In this document: positions 7,134-15,390 of the stretch, piece after piece
How the letters are laid out: the number at the start of each line of letters is the position of its first letter
Numbering within the stretch: position 1 is the stretch's first letter
Source: a virus
Taxonomy: Duplodnaviria > Heunggongvirae > Uroviricota > Caudoviricetes
Direction: 5' to 3' (one strand)
IMG/VR virus record: IMGVR_UViG_2563366875_000004
Coordinates: 1-42,427 of that record
DNA length: 42,427 bases
The notes under the pieces: model-generated
Database searches by the model: none
Seen by the model: only the letters and a program-made list of their open reading frames with translations
Told to the model about the DNA's origin: nothing
Position numbers and translations under genes: made by a program

Positions 7134-8145
7134 AAAGGTGAAAACCGGCAGTTCATCCAGTAAGTCAGTATTGACCTGGCTTGCTGATATGTGCGGTGCC
7201 GATTTGTGTGCATACCCGTCTGTATCTGCACTGGCAGAAGTAACGGAACTGAACAAAAAGACTGTGCAGGACAGCTTACGACACCTGATGGAGATTGGGT
7301 TAATTGTTGATACCGGTGAGAGAAAAGGCCGAACAAAGCAAATCGTGGTGTACCGACTTATCGGTGTTGAAGAAAGTGTTGCCGAGCCTGAATACACCCA
7401 AAAACGGGAGTCTTTAAAGGTGGGTAAAATTGGTGCTGTTAATAAAAACAGTACCGAAAACGGTTATGTTTCAGCACTAAACAGACCCAAAAACGGAACT
7501 CTTTTCTGCATGGAAAATAACCAAAGACACCCAATTTTTCCATCAAAGACACCCAAAAACGGATCACGGAACCCAAAGGAACCCAAAGATCTAAACCCCA
7601 CACATAACACACGCGAGAGTGCTCCGACCAGTGAGCAGGAAGTTTTGTCGTTACAGGCAGCACCCCCTGTATTCCTGGATGGCCTGAGCGAACCCATCGG
7701 AAAATTTCCGATGACCGATAGCTGGTATCCGTCACGGGATTTTCGACGACGGGCTGCGTTGTGGGGGATGGCTTTGCCGGAGACAGAATTTACACCTGCT
7801 GAACTTGCCGCCTTCCGGGACTACTGGACAGCGGAGGGGAAAGTGTTTACGCAGATTCAGTGGGAGCAGAAATTCGCCCGTCACGTAAATCACGTCAGGG
7901 CGCAGGTTAAACCAGTCAGCAAGGGGGTAAACCATGCAGCAGCACCAGGTGGCACCGCATCACGGGCAGTTCAAGAAATTCGGGCAGCACGTGAGCAGTG
8001 GGAACGTGAAAACGGATTTATCAGCGACGGAAACGGCCTGGAAGCTGTGGGAGCTCATGGGGGAGGTTTATTCGAACCGCTGGACCCAGAAGAATGGGGC
8101 CGCACCTTCGAAGCTCTGGATTGCACAGATTGGCGCGATGACTGA
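7105..8145 (+). CDS. Replication initiator, lambda O-like: N-terminal HTH replication domain plus C-terminal DnaT-like domain
   Basis: N-terminus SIDALRWAKK...LTWLADMCGADLCAYPSVSALAEVTELNKKTV fits the HTH replication-protein pattern; low-complexity linker carries iterons; start chosen at internal ATG 7105. Confidence 0.7.
   Translation: MSIDALRWAKKVKTGSSSSKSVLTWLADMCGADLCAYPSVSALAEVTELNKKTVQDSLRHLMEIGLIVDTGERKGRTKQIVVYRLIGVEESVAEPEYTQKRESLKVGKIGAVNKNSTENGYVSALNRPKNGTLFCMENNQRHPIFPSKTPKNGSRNPKEPKDLNPTHNTRESAPTSEQEVLSLQAAPPVFLDGLSEPIGKFPMTDSWYPSRDFRRRAALWGMALPETEFTPAELAAFRDYWTAEGKVFTQIQWEQKFARHVNHVRAQVKPVSKGVNHAAAPGGTASRAVQEIRAAREQWERENGFISDGNGLEAVGAHGGGLFEPLDPEEWGRTFEALDCTDWRDD
7394..7590. 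repeat. Iteron-like direct repeats (putative replication origin) inside the initiator gene
   Basis: ACCCAAAAACGG at 7396-7407, 7485-7496 and 7551-7562; degenerate copy at 7452-7463; tandem ACCCAAAG at 7571-7588; CAAAGACACCCAA twice. Confidence 0.5.
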
Positions 8146-8599
8146 GCAGCAAATCCGACAGGTCTGCCGCCAGTGCATGGACCGCTGCCGGGCGGGTGAA
8201 ACATGGCCTCCGGACCTAGCTGAGTTTGTGGCACTGATTTCGGAAAGCGGAGCCAATCCATTCGGTCTGACGGTGGATGCTGTGATGGAGGAGTACCGTC
8301 GCTGGCGCAACGAGTCCTGGCGATACGACGGGAGCGATAAATACCCGTGGTCTCAGCCTGTGCTGTATCACATTTGCCTCGAGATGCGTTCAAAGGGGAT
8401 TGAGCGGCAGATGACCGAAGGGGAGTTAAAACGGCTTGCAGAACGGCAGCTGACGAAATGGGCAAAGCATGTTAGTAACGGCCTGAGCGTTCCGCCAGTC
8501 CGGCGACAACTGGCGGCCCCCAAACGTCCTGCGGGACCAACGCCAATTGAGTTGCTGAAACAGGAATATGAACGCCGGAAAGCGGCTGGGTTTGTCTGA
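7934..8599 (+). CDS. Replication protein P-like (helicase loader); start uncertain (7934 or 8138)
   Basis: C-terminal half aligns by eye with lambda P (YPW...W motif, TEGELKRLAERQL); ATG 7934 has a GGGGG RBS but overlaps the O-like gene by 212 nt in another frame. Confidence 0.6.
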   Translation: MQQHQVAPHHGQFKKFGQHVSSGNVKTDLSATETAWKLWELMGEVYSNRWTQKNGAAPSKLWIAQIGAMTEQQIRQVCRQCMDRCRAGETWPPDLAEFVALISESGANPFGLTVDAVMEEYRRWRNESWRYDGSDKYPWSQPVLYHICLEMRSKGIERQMTEGELKRLAERQLTKWAKHVSNGLSVPPVRRQLAAPKRPAGPTPIELLKQEYERRKAAGFV

Positions 8600-8631
8600 T
8601 TTGAGAAGTAATTTTTACCGGGAGGAAATTT

Positions 8632-9402
8632 ATGGAGACTGTTTTTGACGCACTGAAAGCGATGGGAAAAGCCACGTCGGTAGAGCTGGCTGCGCGACTT
8701 GATATCAGTCGTGAAGAAGTGCTGAACGAGCTGTGGGAACTGAAAAAGGCTGGCTTCGTTGATAAAAGCGTATACACCTGGCGTGTGGCTGGCGAAGGTG
8801 AATCCGGGGTAGCCGAAGAGCAGCCAGCACAATCTGAAGCACCGGATGTGCTAACCAGGGAGGTCGAACGAAAAGTTACCGCTGACATGATGATTGAGTT
8901 TATCGGTCAGGAGGGTGCTAAAACGAGTGAGGAACTGGCGGGTAAGTTCGGTGTCAGCACTCGCAAGGTTGCTTCCACGCTGGCGGTAGTAACCGCAACG
9001 GGGCGGCTGGCACGCGTAAACCAGAACGGTAAATTTCGCTACTGCATGCCGGGCGAGAATTTACCAGTAAAGCCGAAAGTCGCATCGGTAACGGAAAATG
9101 ATGGTAAAGCCTTTCCTCAGCCAGCCGGCGTTGCGTTACCAGTACAGGAAGCTGCAACACAGGAAGATATTAAAACAGAAACTGTGGCGGACATTGTGCA
9201 GTCGTTGCCATCGTTCACCGAAACGCGAGCGGATGACCTGATTTTACCATCGCTGCATATGGCAAACCGCGAACTGCGTCGGGCGAAAAATCATGTCCAG
9301 AAGTGGGAGCGTGTCTGCGCCGCGCTGCGGGAGTTGAACAAGCATCGGGATATTGTTCGACAGATTACTGATTTTTCCCGCCGTGTTGCATCGGAAAAGT
9401 GA
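8632..9402 (+). CDS. Hypothetical protein with two tandem winged-helix-like modules (DUF1627-like)
   Basis: GGAGG RBS; internal duplication ([28 protein letters not shown] versus [32 protein letters not shown]). Confidence 0.6.
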   Translation: METVFDALKAMGKATSVELAARLDISREEVLNELWELKKAGFVDKSVYTWRVAGEGESGVAEEQPAQSEAPDVLTREVERKVTADMMIEFIGQEGAKTSEELAGKFGVSTRKVASTLAVVTATGRLARVNQNGKFRYCMPGENLPVKPKVASVTENDGKAFPQPAGVALPVQEAATQEDIKTETVADIVQSLPSFTETRADDLILPSLHMANRELRRAKNHVQKWERVCAALRELNKHRDIVRQITDFSRRVASEK

Positions 9403-9417
9403 TTGCCGGAGGCGCTT

Positions 9418-9822
9418 ATGGCAAAAGTATTTACACAAGAAGAGCGGGAAAAAATTAAGGGGCAGATTGTTGAACTTGTACGTCTGAGCGGTCGCGAGAC
9501 GTTACGGCAACTGGAAGCGAAAACAGGTGCGACAAGATATCTGATGAGTGTTCTCGCCAGAGAGCTGGTTGCCAGTGGCGATGTATACAATTCTGGCTAC
9601 GGGTTATTTCCGTCTGAACAGGCGCGTAAGGACTGGCAAAACGCCCGCAAAAAACTATCGAGGGCAAAGGCGAAGAAACCGGTTGTGGTTGCTCCGGACC
9701 TTATCTGGTCATTACCAGACGGAGAAATACGCCGCTACGACAGGCGTCAGAACATGATTTGCCGTGAGTGCCGGGAAAGCGAAGTTATGCAGCGTATACT
9801 AACGTTCTATTGGGGAATATAG
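9418..9822 (+). CDS. Hypothetical protein (134 aa), possible winged-helix fold
   Basis: ATG at 9418 after GGAGG; track ORF starts at an upstream TTG. Confidence 0.55.
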   Translation: MAKVFTQEEREKIKGQIVELVRLSGRETLRQLEAKTGATRYLMSVLARELVASGDVYNSGYGLFPSEQARKDWQNARKKLSRAKAKKPVVVAPDLIWSLPDGEIRRYDRRQNMICRECRESEVMQRILTFYWGI

Positions 9823-9837
9823 CCACTAAATAAGGTA

Positions 9838-10149
9838 ATGAACCAAATGAACACGGAAAAAGCGAAAACGCAGCTCAGGATAATGCTTGCCGGTCCGGCT
9901 GCGAGTTATACGACACATTCACCAGCCATAAAAAAGGTTCTTGATGAACTGGAAGCCAAAGACAAGCGCATTGCAGAACTGGAGGCAAGGGAAGTCCAGC
10001 TACCGGCTGGCTATGAACTTCGATATGGACACCCGATAAATGCTGATGAGCGCCATGTCATGATACCTAAGGAAGATGGCAGCTGGATTTATCTGGCTGA
10101 TTTAGAGCGCGCACTACGTGTTGCTGGCATTCGCATCAAAGGAGAGTGA
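9838..10149 (+). CDS. Hypothetical protein (103 aa), ends with the shared IKGE junction
   Basis: C-terminal AGIRIKGE followed by AAAGGAGAGTGA, the same junction seen again at 10986-10998. Confidence 0.5.
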   Translation: MNQMNTEKAKTQLRIMLAGPAASYTTHSPAIKKVLDELEAKDKRIAELEAREVQLPAGYELRYGHPINADERHVMIPKEDGSWIYLADLERALRVAGIRIKGE

Positions 10150-10150
10150 G

Positions 10151-10507
10151 GTGGAAATAAAACCAGAAGATGAGTTAAGTAATATTGTTTTATTTCCGGT
10201 AAAAGAAGATGACCCACGTAATCAGGTTAATTTTCTTTATGAGCCATCGGAAAGACCATATTGCCATCACGCTTCTGTCCGGGTTGATGAAAAAGAGCGT
10301 CAGGTCCGCTGTAAAATCTGCGGTGCAGTTGTGGAGCCGTTTGACTGGATGCTCTCTGTGGCGAAAAGAGAAACCAGACTGGCAGATGATGTAAGGCTAT
10401 TGCGTCAGGAGGAACGGGAAAGGCGGAAAAATATAGAAAAGCTAATTCAGATTGAGCGTAACGCAAAAGCGCGGATACGCAGAGCGACAAAATCCAGAAC
10501 TGAATAA
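10151..10507 (+). CDS. Hypothetical protein with Cys/His cluster (GTG start, about 118 aa)
   Basis: GTG after GGAG RBS embedded in the preceding gene's end; CHH...CKICG motif. Confidence 0.45.
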   Translation: MEIKPEDELSNIVLFPVKEDDPRNQVNFLYEPSERPYCHHASVRVDEKERQVRCKICGAVVEPFDWMLSVAKRETRLADDVRLLRQEERERRKNIEKLIQIERNAKARIRRATKSRTE

Positions 10508-10602
10508 TTAAATTTAGCACTGTTAAAAATTTAATCCTTAACCGGAGGGATTTCTGTACCCTCAGAACATCAGGAGGCCGCCTGAAAGGGCAGTAATGAA
10601 AA

Positions 10603-10998
10603 ATGACTGAATTAACAAAAGAGCAATTAATCGAAGAAGCTAAATTAAAAATAGCGATTGCGAAATGCCACCCTAATTCAGAGATGGCACGGGTAGAGGG
10701 TGAGTTATTCAAAATTGCACTGGCATCGCTGGAAGCGGAGCCTGTTGGTGAATTTTATGAGTATAAGCCGGGCGGCTGGTATCAGCATTCGGCTGGAGAT
10801 AAAGCGCCAAAGTGGATACAACTCTACGCTGTGCCGCCAGCGCTCGCAGCACCTGAAGGACTGGTTAAAGCAGTGCGCTTTTATGAGCAGGTTAAGCGTG
10901 AGAATCCGCCAGCTGAAACCGGAGCATGGAAAGACGCTGTTGATTGGGTGCTCAAAGAGGCTTGCCAGGCTGTAAACATTGGCATCAAAGGAGAGTGA
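10603..10998 (+). CDS. Ea22-like hypothetical protein (131 aa)
   Basis: Shares motif ALASLEAEPV with the N-terminus of the ORF at 11220 and the IKGE C-terminal junction with the ORF at 9838. Confidence 0.55.
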   Translation: MTELTKEQLIEEAKLKIAIAKCHPNSEMARVEGELFKIALASLEAEPVGEFYEYKPGGWYQHSAGDKAPKWIQLYAVPPALAAPEGLVKAVRFYEQVKRENPPAETGAWKDAVDWVLKEACQAVNIGIKGE

Positions 10999-10999
10999 T

Positions 11000-11218
11000 A
11001 TGCCTACATTATTCAGAAAAGAATATCCGCGAAAAAGTAGAGCGACAGAATTTTTGTTTCTCATTCTGTTTATCGTGTTGCTGATACCGATATCCCCGCT
11101 AATTTTTGTCTGGGCAATCGGGAAAATAATTGAGCCAGTTATTGAATTGTATACCGACGTTGTATGGGCGCCGTTCAACACACTGCACAACAAAATCAAC
11201 CCATATAAGGAAAGCTGA
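11000..11218 (+). CDS. Small single-pass membrane protein (72 aa)
   Basis: ATG after AAAGGAGAGTGA; hydrophobic stretch FLFLILFIVLLIPISPLIFVWAIG. Confidence 0.45.
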   Translation: MPTLFRKEYPRKSRATEFLFLILFIVLLIPISPLIFVWAIGKIIEPVIELYTDVVWAPFNTLHNKINPYKES

Positions 11219-11219
11219 T

Positions 11220-11753
11220 ATGACCACTATTACCAGAGAAAACGCGGAGATTAAATCATTCATCACTGGTTTCCTGAGCGACCCGGCGCACGATAACCAA
11301 TCTTCAGACAGCCTGCTTGCCAATGTGTTTCGTATCGCACTGGCATCGCTGGAAGCAGAGCCAGTGGCGTGGAAGGCAACCTTCACGCAAATTGACAATG
11401 AATATAATACGTTCACTGCTCTGTATTCTGACAAAGCAGAAGTCGAACGGTGGGGGCGACTGCATGAAATAGGTGACTTTCGGGCAGAAATAACACCGCT
11501 TTACGCAGCGCCGTCAGCGCCGGTAATTCCGGATGGTTGGATAAGCTGTAGTGAGCGAATGCCGGAAAAGAACCAGAACGTACTTATTTCGGTGAATTTC
11601 GATAGCTCTCTGGTTGAACCGCTAATATGCTCCGCACGCTATACCGGAAGCACATTCCGGCGAGGAGATGCAACGATTAAACCGGGTAATGGTATTGAGC
11701 AGGCAACTCACTGGATGCCGCTACCGGAACCACCGCAGGAGGTGAATCAATGA
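11220..11753 (+). CDS. Ea22-like N-terminus plus DUF551-like C-terminal domain protein (177 aa)
   Basis: ATG after AAGGAA; C-terminal W...MPLPEPP pattern. Confidence 0.55.
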   Translation: MTTITRENAEIKSFITGFLSDPAHDNQSSDSLLANVFRIALASLEAEPVAWKATFTQIDNEYNTFTALYSDKAEVERWGRLHEIGDFRAEITPLYAAPSAPVIPDGWISCSERMPEKNQNVLISVNFDSSLVEPLICSARYTGSTFRRGDATIKPGNGIEQATHWMPLPEPPQEVNQ

Positions 11754-11833
11754 CCAGGCCTGAAGCATTCACAACGGTAGGAATTGCAATGGCGGTGGCG
11801 CTGGTGGTGCATTCGATTTGCCGCTGGGGGTGA
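11750..11833 (+). CDS. Putative 27-aa hydrophobic peptide (MTRPEAFTTVGIAMAVALVVHSICRWG)
   Basis: ATGA overlap with stop of the preceding gene; GGAGG RBS 8 nt upstream; followed by a hairpin and U-rich tract. Confidence 0.25.
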   Translation: MTRPEAFTTVGIAMAVALVVHSICRWG

Positions 11834-11875
11834 TAAGTGGAATAGTACGGGGTATCGTGCGCCCCGCAGATTTGA

Positions 11876-12049
11876 TTATTTATTTGGGGAGATAATGTCC
11901 TGAAGCGTGACGATTACTTCTTCATCTGTATCTATATTTCGGAGTTGATATGTAATGTCGTCGTTTCTAATAATTTGCACTACAAGCCATTCTCCATTTT
12001 TTTCACGTAAGTGAACAGTACTGTTTTCCGATATACCATGAACGGTCAT
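11876..12049 (-). CDS. Hypothetical small protein (57 aa) in an AT-rich island
   Basis: Hand-translated (below track threshold); weak RBS; convergent with the early-right operon. Confidence 0.25.
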   Translation of the reverse strand: MTVHGISENSTVHLREKNGEWLVVQIIRNDDITYQLRNIDTDEEVIVTLQDIISPNK

Positions 12050-12199
12050 TTTTATACCTTTTGTGTTGTGTGAAGGAGCAGTATAGTCAGAAATGAGACA
12101 AGTGAAAGGGGATAGAAAGTAATAGTTTGTTTTTGTAGAATTGCTGCGGGTGCTTGAGGCTATCTGCCTCAGGCATGAACACCAAAAGGCAGATAGAGA

Positions 12200-12303
12200 A
12201 AAGCCCCAGTTAACATTACGCGTCCTGCAAGACGCTTAACATTAATCTGAGGCCATATCTATGCGACACATAGAGATTAGCCTCTTACGGACCGAAAGGT
12301 CAA
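12200..12303 (-). ncRNA. Sok-like antisense RNA with its promoter (approximate bounds)
   Basis: Minus-strand -35 TTGACC (12298-12303) and -10 TAATCT (12274-12279), 18-nt spacer, reading antisense across the mok start; 3' end not defined. Confidence 0.4.
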
Positions 12304-12320
12304 GGAGAAGCAGGCTATGA
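12261..12320 (+). CDS. mok-like upstream leader ORF (19 codons) coupled to hok
   Basis: ATG 12261; stop TGA overlaps the hok ATG (CTATGA). Confidence 0.3.
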   Translation: MRHIEISLLRTERSRRSRL

Positions 12321-12472
12321 AGCAGCAAAAGGCGATGTTAATCGCCCTGATCGTCATCTGTTTAACCGTCATAGTGACGGCACTGGTAACGAGGAAAGAC
12401 CTCTGCGAGGTACGAATCCGAACCGGTCAGACGGAGGTCGCTGTCTTCACAGCTTACGAACCTGAGGAGTAA
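12317..12472 (+). CDS. hok: Hok/Gef-family type I toxin (51 aa)
   Basis: MKQQKAMLIALIVICLTVIVTALVTRKDLCEVRIRTGQTEVAVFTAYEPEE closely matches Gef/HokC as recalled; GGAG RBS; mRNA 5' segment 12146-12159 is complementary to 3' segment 12522-12536 (fbi-like). Confidence 0.8.
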   Translation: MKQQKAMLIALIVICLTVIVTALVTRKDLCEVRIRTGQTEVAVFTAYEPEE

Positions 12473-12542
12473 GAGACCAGGCGAGGGAGAAATCCCTCGC
12501 CACCTCTGATGTGTCAGGCATCCTCAACGCACCCGCACTTAA

Positions 12543-12567
12543 CCCGCTTCGGCGGGTTTTTGTTTTT
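12543..12567 (+). terminator. Rho-independent terminator of the hok mRNA
   Basis: CCCGC-TTCG-GCGGG stem-loop followed by TTTTTGTTTTT. Confidence 0.6.
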
Positions 12568-12692
12568 ATTTTCAACGCGTTTGAAGTTCTGGATGGTGCC
12601 GGAATAGAATCAAAAATACTTAAGTAGCGCGCAGGGAGAAGAGGGATGGACCCCAAATGGGGGAGTGCTATTTATCTGGAAGGATTCTGTTG

Positions 12693-12953
12693 ATGAAAAT
12701 CGAAGAATTACGTGAAATTTTTAGTGAAGATGGCCTCTATACTGTGCGCGTTGAGAATGGCGCTATTGTCAGCCACTGCCGTATTAAATGTTTACAGTCT
12801 CAACAAAGGAAGAGTGGAACTGCGTTAATTCATTTGGTGGATGGGCTTGTGACGGATGGTTTTATTTTGCGTGCAAATGAATTTGTCACATCGTTGCCGT
12901 CTCTGAAAGAAGCTGGGATTAAGGCTGGTTTTTCTGCTTTTGAAGATGTGTGA
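12693..12953 (+). CDS. Hypothetical protein (86 aa), nin-like region
   Basis: ATG at 12693 after GGA; AT-rich codon usage suggests a foreign insert. Confidence 0.45.
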   Translation: MKIEELREIFSEDGLYTVRVENGAIVSHCRIKCLQSQQRKSGTALIHLVDGLVTDGFILRANEFVTSLPSLKEAGIKAGFSAFEDV

Positions 12954-13019
12954 ATTCAACTACAATTTAGCGCAGGGCTGAACCCCTGCTGAGTAACACT
13001 GTGCCACCGGAGAAAGCCG

Positions 13020-13298
13020 ATGGCGCAAAATTCCAGACTACACAATTCTGATAATTCAGCCGTCTTTGCCAGCAGGCATGGGCGGCGCTCTCATGCATTT
13101 AAATCTGACTGGTTCCAGCATGACCCCTGCACTGAAGAACAAGCTGAATGGCTAATTCAGTGCTACCGCAGACACGGATACGAGATTAAGAAAGCCCTCA
13201 GCCTCGATTATCGTCACTGGATAATCTACGTCAGGCTCCCTTATTCCGAACGCCCACCACGCCCGTCCCGCACATTCCAGCAACGGATCTGGAGGTAA
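13020..13298 (+). CDS. Hypothetical protein (92 aa), nin-like region
   Basis: GGAGAAAG RBS upstream of ATG. Confidence 0.5.
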   Translation: MAQNSRLHNSDNSAVFASRHGRRSHAFKSDWFQHDPCTEEQAEWLIQCYRRHGYEIKKALSLDYRHWIIYVRLPYSERPPRPSRTFQQRIWR

Positions 13299-13299
13299 C

Positions 13300-14349
13300 G
13301 TGCGGGTATTACTTCGACCTGTTCCGGTACCGGAACTCGGGCTGGTGGTCCTTAAGCCTGGTCGTGAATCCATGCAGGTATTTCATAACCCTCGAGTGCT
13401 GGTGGAGCCTGAACCGAAAAGCATGCGCGGTCTGCCGTCCGGAGTCGTCCCTGCCGTCCGCCAGCCGCTGGTGGAGGATAAATCATTACTGCCATTTTTC
13501 AGCAATGAGCGTGTGATTCGTGCTGCTGGCGGCGCTGGTGCACTGTCTGACTGGCTGTTGCGTCATGTCAAATCCTGCCAGTGGCCTCATGGTGACTATC
13601 ATCACAGTGAAATCGTCATACATCGTTATGGTACCGGCGCGATGGTGTTGTGCTGGCACTGCGACAACCAGCTGCGTGACCAGACTTCCGAATCACTCGG
13701 GCAACTTGCTCACCAAAACCTGTCAGCATGGATGATTGACGTCATCCGTCACGCAATGAATGGCACACAGGAGCGGGAATTATCGCTGGCTGAATTATCC
13801 TGGTGGGCAGTCTGCAATCAGGTGGCGGACGCGCTACCGGAGACAGTATTACGTCGTTCTCTGAGGTTACGTGCGGAAAAAATCCGCTCGGTGTACCGCG
13901 AAAGCGACATCATGCCGGGAGAGCAGACAGCCACCAGCATACTGAAGCAGCGCACAAAAAATATTGTGCTATCGCCTCACGCCCACCAGCAACAGAACTC
14001 ACCGCAGGAAAAGGCGGTGGTCAGCATTGCTGTTGATCCTGAGTCTCCGGAATCTTTCATGAAGCGGCCTAAACGTCGCCGTTGGGTAAATGAGAAATAC
14101 ACGCGCTGGGTGAAGACACAGCCGTGTGCGTGTTGCGGTAAGCCAGCCGACGATCCCCATCACCTGATTGGTCATGGTCAGGGCGGAATGGGGACAAAAG
14201 CCCACGATATTTTCACGCTACCGCTGTGTCGGGAGCATCACAACGAGCTTCATGCGGATCCGCTGGCGTTCGAAGAAAAGCATGGTTCCCAGGTTGATTT
14301 AATTTTTCGTTTTCTTGATCACGCCTTTGCAACCGGCGTGCTCGGGTAA
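13300..14349 (+). CDS. DUF968-family (YdfU-like) protein with C-terminal HNH-like Cys/His motif
   Basis: GTG start after GGAGG; C-terminus CACCGKPADDPHHLIGHG...CREHHNELH. Confidence 0.65.
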   Translation: MRVLLRPVPVPELGLVVLKPGRESMQVFHNPRVLVEPEPKSMRGLPSGVVPAVRQPLVEDKSLLPFFSNERVIRAAGGAGALSDWLLRHVKSCQWPHGDYHHSEIVIHRYGTGAMVLCWHCDNQLRDQTSESLGQLAHQNLSAWMIDVIRHAMNGTQERELSLAELSWWAVCNQVADALPETVLRRSLRLRAEKIRSVYRESDIMPGEQTATSILKQRTKNIVLSPHAHQQQNSPQEKAVVSIAVDPESPESFMKRPKRRRWVNEKYTRWVKTQPCACCGKPADDPHHLIGHGQGGMGTKAHDIFTLPLCREHHNELHADPLAFEEKHGSQVDLIFRFLDHAFATGVLG

Positions 14350-14361
14350 AAGAGGTTACTG

Positions 14362-14820
14362 ATGCGTATAGAGTTTGTTTTGCCTTACCCGCCGACGGTG
14401 AACACCTACTGGCGACGTCGTGGCAGCACATATTTTGTATCAAAAGCCGGTGAGCGTTATCGCCGTGATGTGGCGCTTATTGTTCGCCAGCAGCGACTGA
14501 AATTAAACCTGTCCGGAAGGCTGGCGATAAAGATTATTGCAGAGCCACCGGATAAGCGCCGTCGTGACTTGGACAATATTCTGAAAGCACCACTGGATGC
14601 ACTGACACATGCGGGGTTGCTTATCGACGACGAGCAGTTTGATGAAATCAATATTGTGCGCGGACTGCCTGTTCCTGGTGGTCGGTTGGGTGTGAAGATT
14701 TACGAAATTACAGGTGATAACGATGGCGCGAGATATTCAGCAGGTTATGGAGCGGTGGGGAGCATGGGCTGCAAACAATCACGAAGATGTGTCATGGGCG
14801 TCAATCGCTGCTGGTTTTAA
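14362..14820 (+). CDS. rusA: RusA-family Holliday junction resolvase (with C-terminal extension overlapping Q)
   Basis: N-terminal [19 protein letters not shown] and [26 protein letters not shown] are RusA hallmarks. Confidence 0.8.
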   Translation: MRIEFVLPYPPTVNTYWRRRGSTYFVSKAGERYRRDVALIVRQQRLKLNLSGRLAIKIIAEPPDKRRRDLDNILKAPLDALTHAGLLIDDEQFDEINIVRGLPVPGGRLGVKIYEITGDNDGARYSAGYGAVGSMGCKQSRRCVMGVNRCWF

Positions 14821-15109
14821 AGGATTAATCCCGCCGAAAGTGAAATCACGCCCTCAGTGTTCTGATGATGATGCAATGATAATTTGTGGCTGTATGGCCC
14901 GGTTGAACAAGAAAAATCAGGATTTGCACGATTTGTTGGTGGATTATTACGTAGGTGGAATGACTTTTATGGGGCTGGCACGAAAGCATGGGTGTTCGGA
15001 TACCTGTATTGGCAAGCGCCTGCAGAAAGCGGAAGGGGTTATTGATGGCATGTTGATGATGCTTGATATCCGACTGGAGATGGACCGATACGTAGAACGA
15101 ATTATGTAG
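14723..15109 (+). CDS. Short Q-like late antiterminator (QuuD-like, 128 aa)
   Basis: ATG after AGGTGA; size and position immediately upstream of a pR'-like promoter and terminator. Confidence 0.65.
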   Translation: MARDIQQVMERWGAWAANNHEDVSWASIAAGFKGLIPPKVKSRPQCSDDDAMIICGCMARLNKKNQDLHDLLVDYYVGGMTFMGLARKHGCSDTCIGKRLQKAEGVIDGMLMMLDIRLEMDRYVERIM

Positions 15110-15113
15110 GCGC

Positions 15114-15143
15114 TTGACCAGACACATTGTCCGGGGCTATATT
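15114..15143 (+). promoter_or_regulatory. pR'-like late promoter (-35 TTGACC, 18-nt spacer, -10 TATATT)
   Basis: Directly after the Q stop; followed about 65 nt later by a terminator, as for lambda pR'/6S RNA/tR'. Confidence 0.4.
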
Positions 15144-15206
15144 TCCGACGCAACCGCAAAATCGGTTGTCGGGATTAGCACCCCGGATGTTTACGGAGCG
15201 ATATGA

Positions 15207-15226
15207 GACGCGCCCGCGTCTTTTTT
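15207..15226 (+). terminator. tR'-like intrinsic terminator
   Basis: GACGC-tetraloop-GCGTC followed by TTTTTT. Confidence 0.5.
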
Positions 15227-15390
15227 CATATCGTTTGCACAGTCACATTCGCGATTAATGGCGGGCTGTGTGGGGGAGCCGAAAGGCTCGCCGGTTTCCG
15301 TACCCGGTAGTGCTAACCCCGCACAGTTCGCCACCACGATGATTAGCACCTGACGGTGGCGATAATGTCCAAATGTACGGAGTTATCGTT

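Noticed and set aside
7394-7590. CRISPR-like array
   Set aside because: Repeats are short, irregularly spaced, imperfect and lie inside a coding region; they fit replication iterons; no cas genes present
6933-8888. Minus-strand ORFs (68-154 aa) antisense to the YdaT-like, O-like and P-like genes
   Set aside because: Overlap well-supported plus-strand genes; translations are Ser/Arg/Cys-rich and lack RBSs
15230-15390. LexA box upstream of the ORF6N-like gene
   Set aside because: No CTGT-N8-ACAG-like site found by eye here or upstream of the repressor
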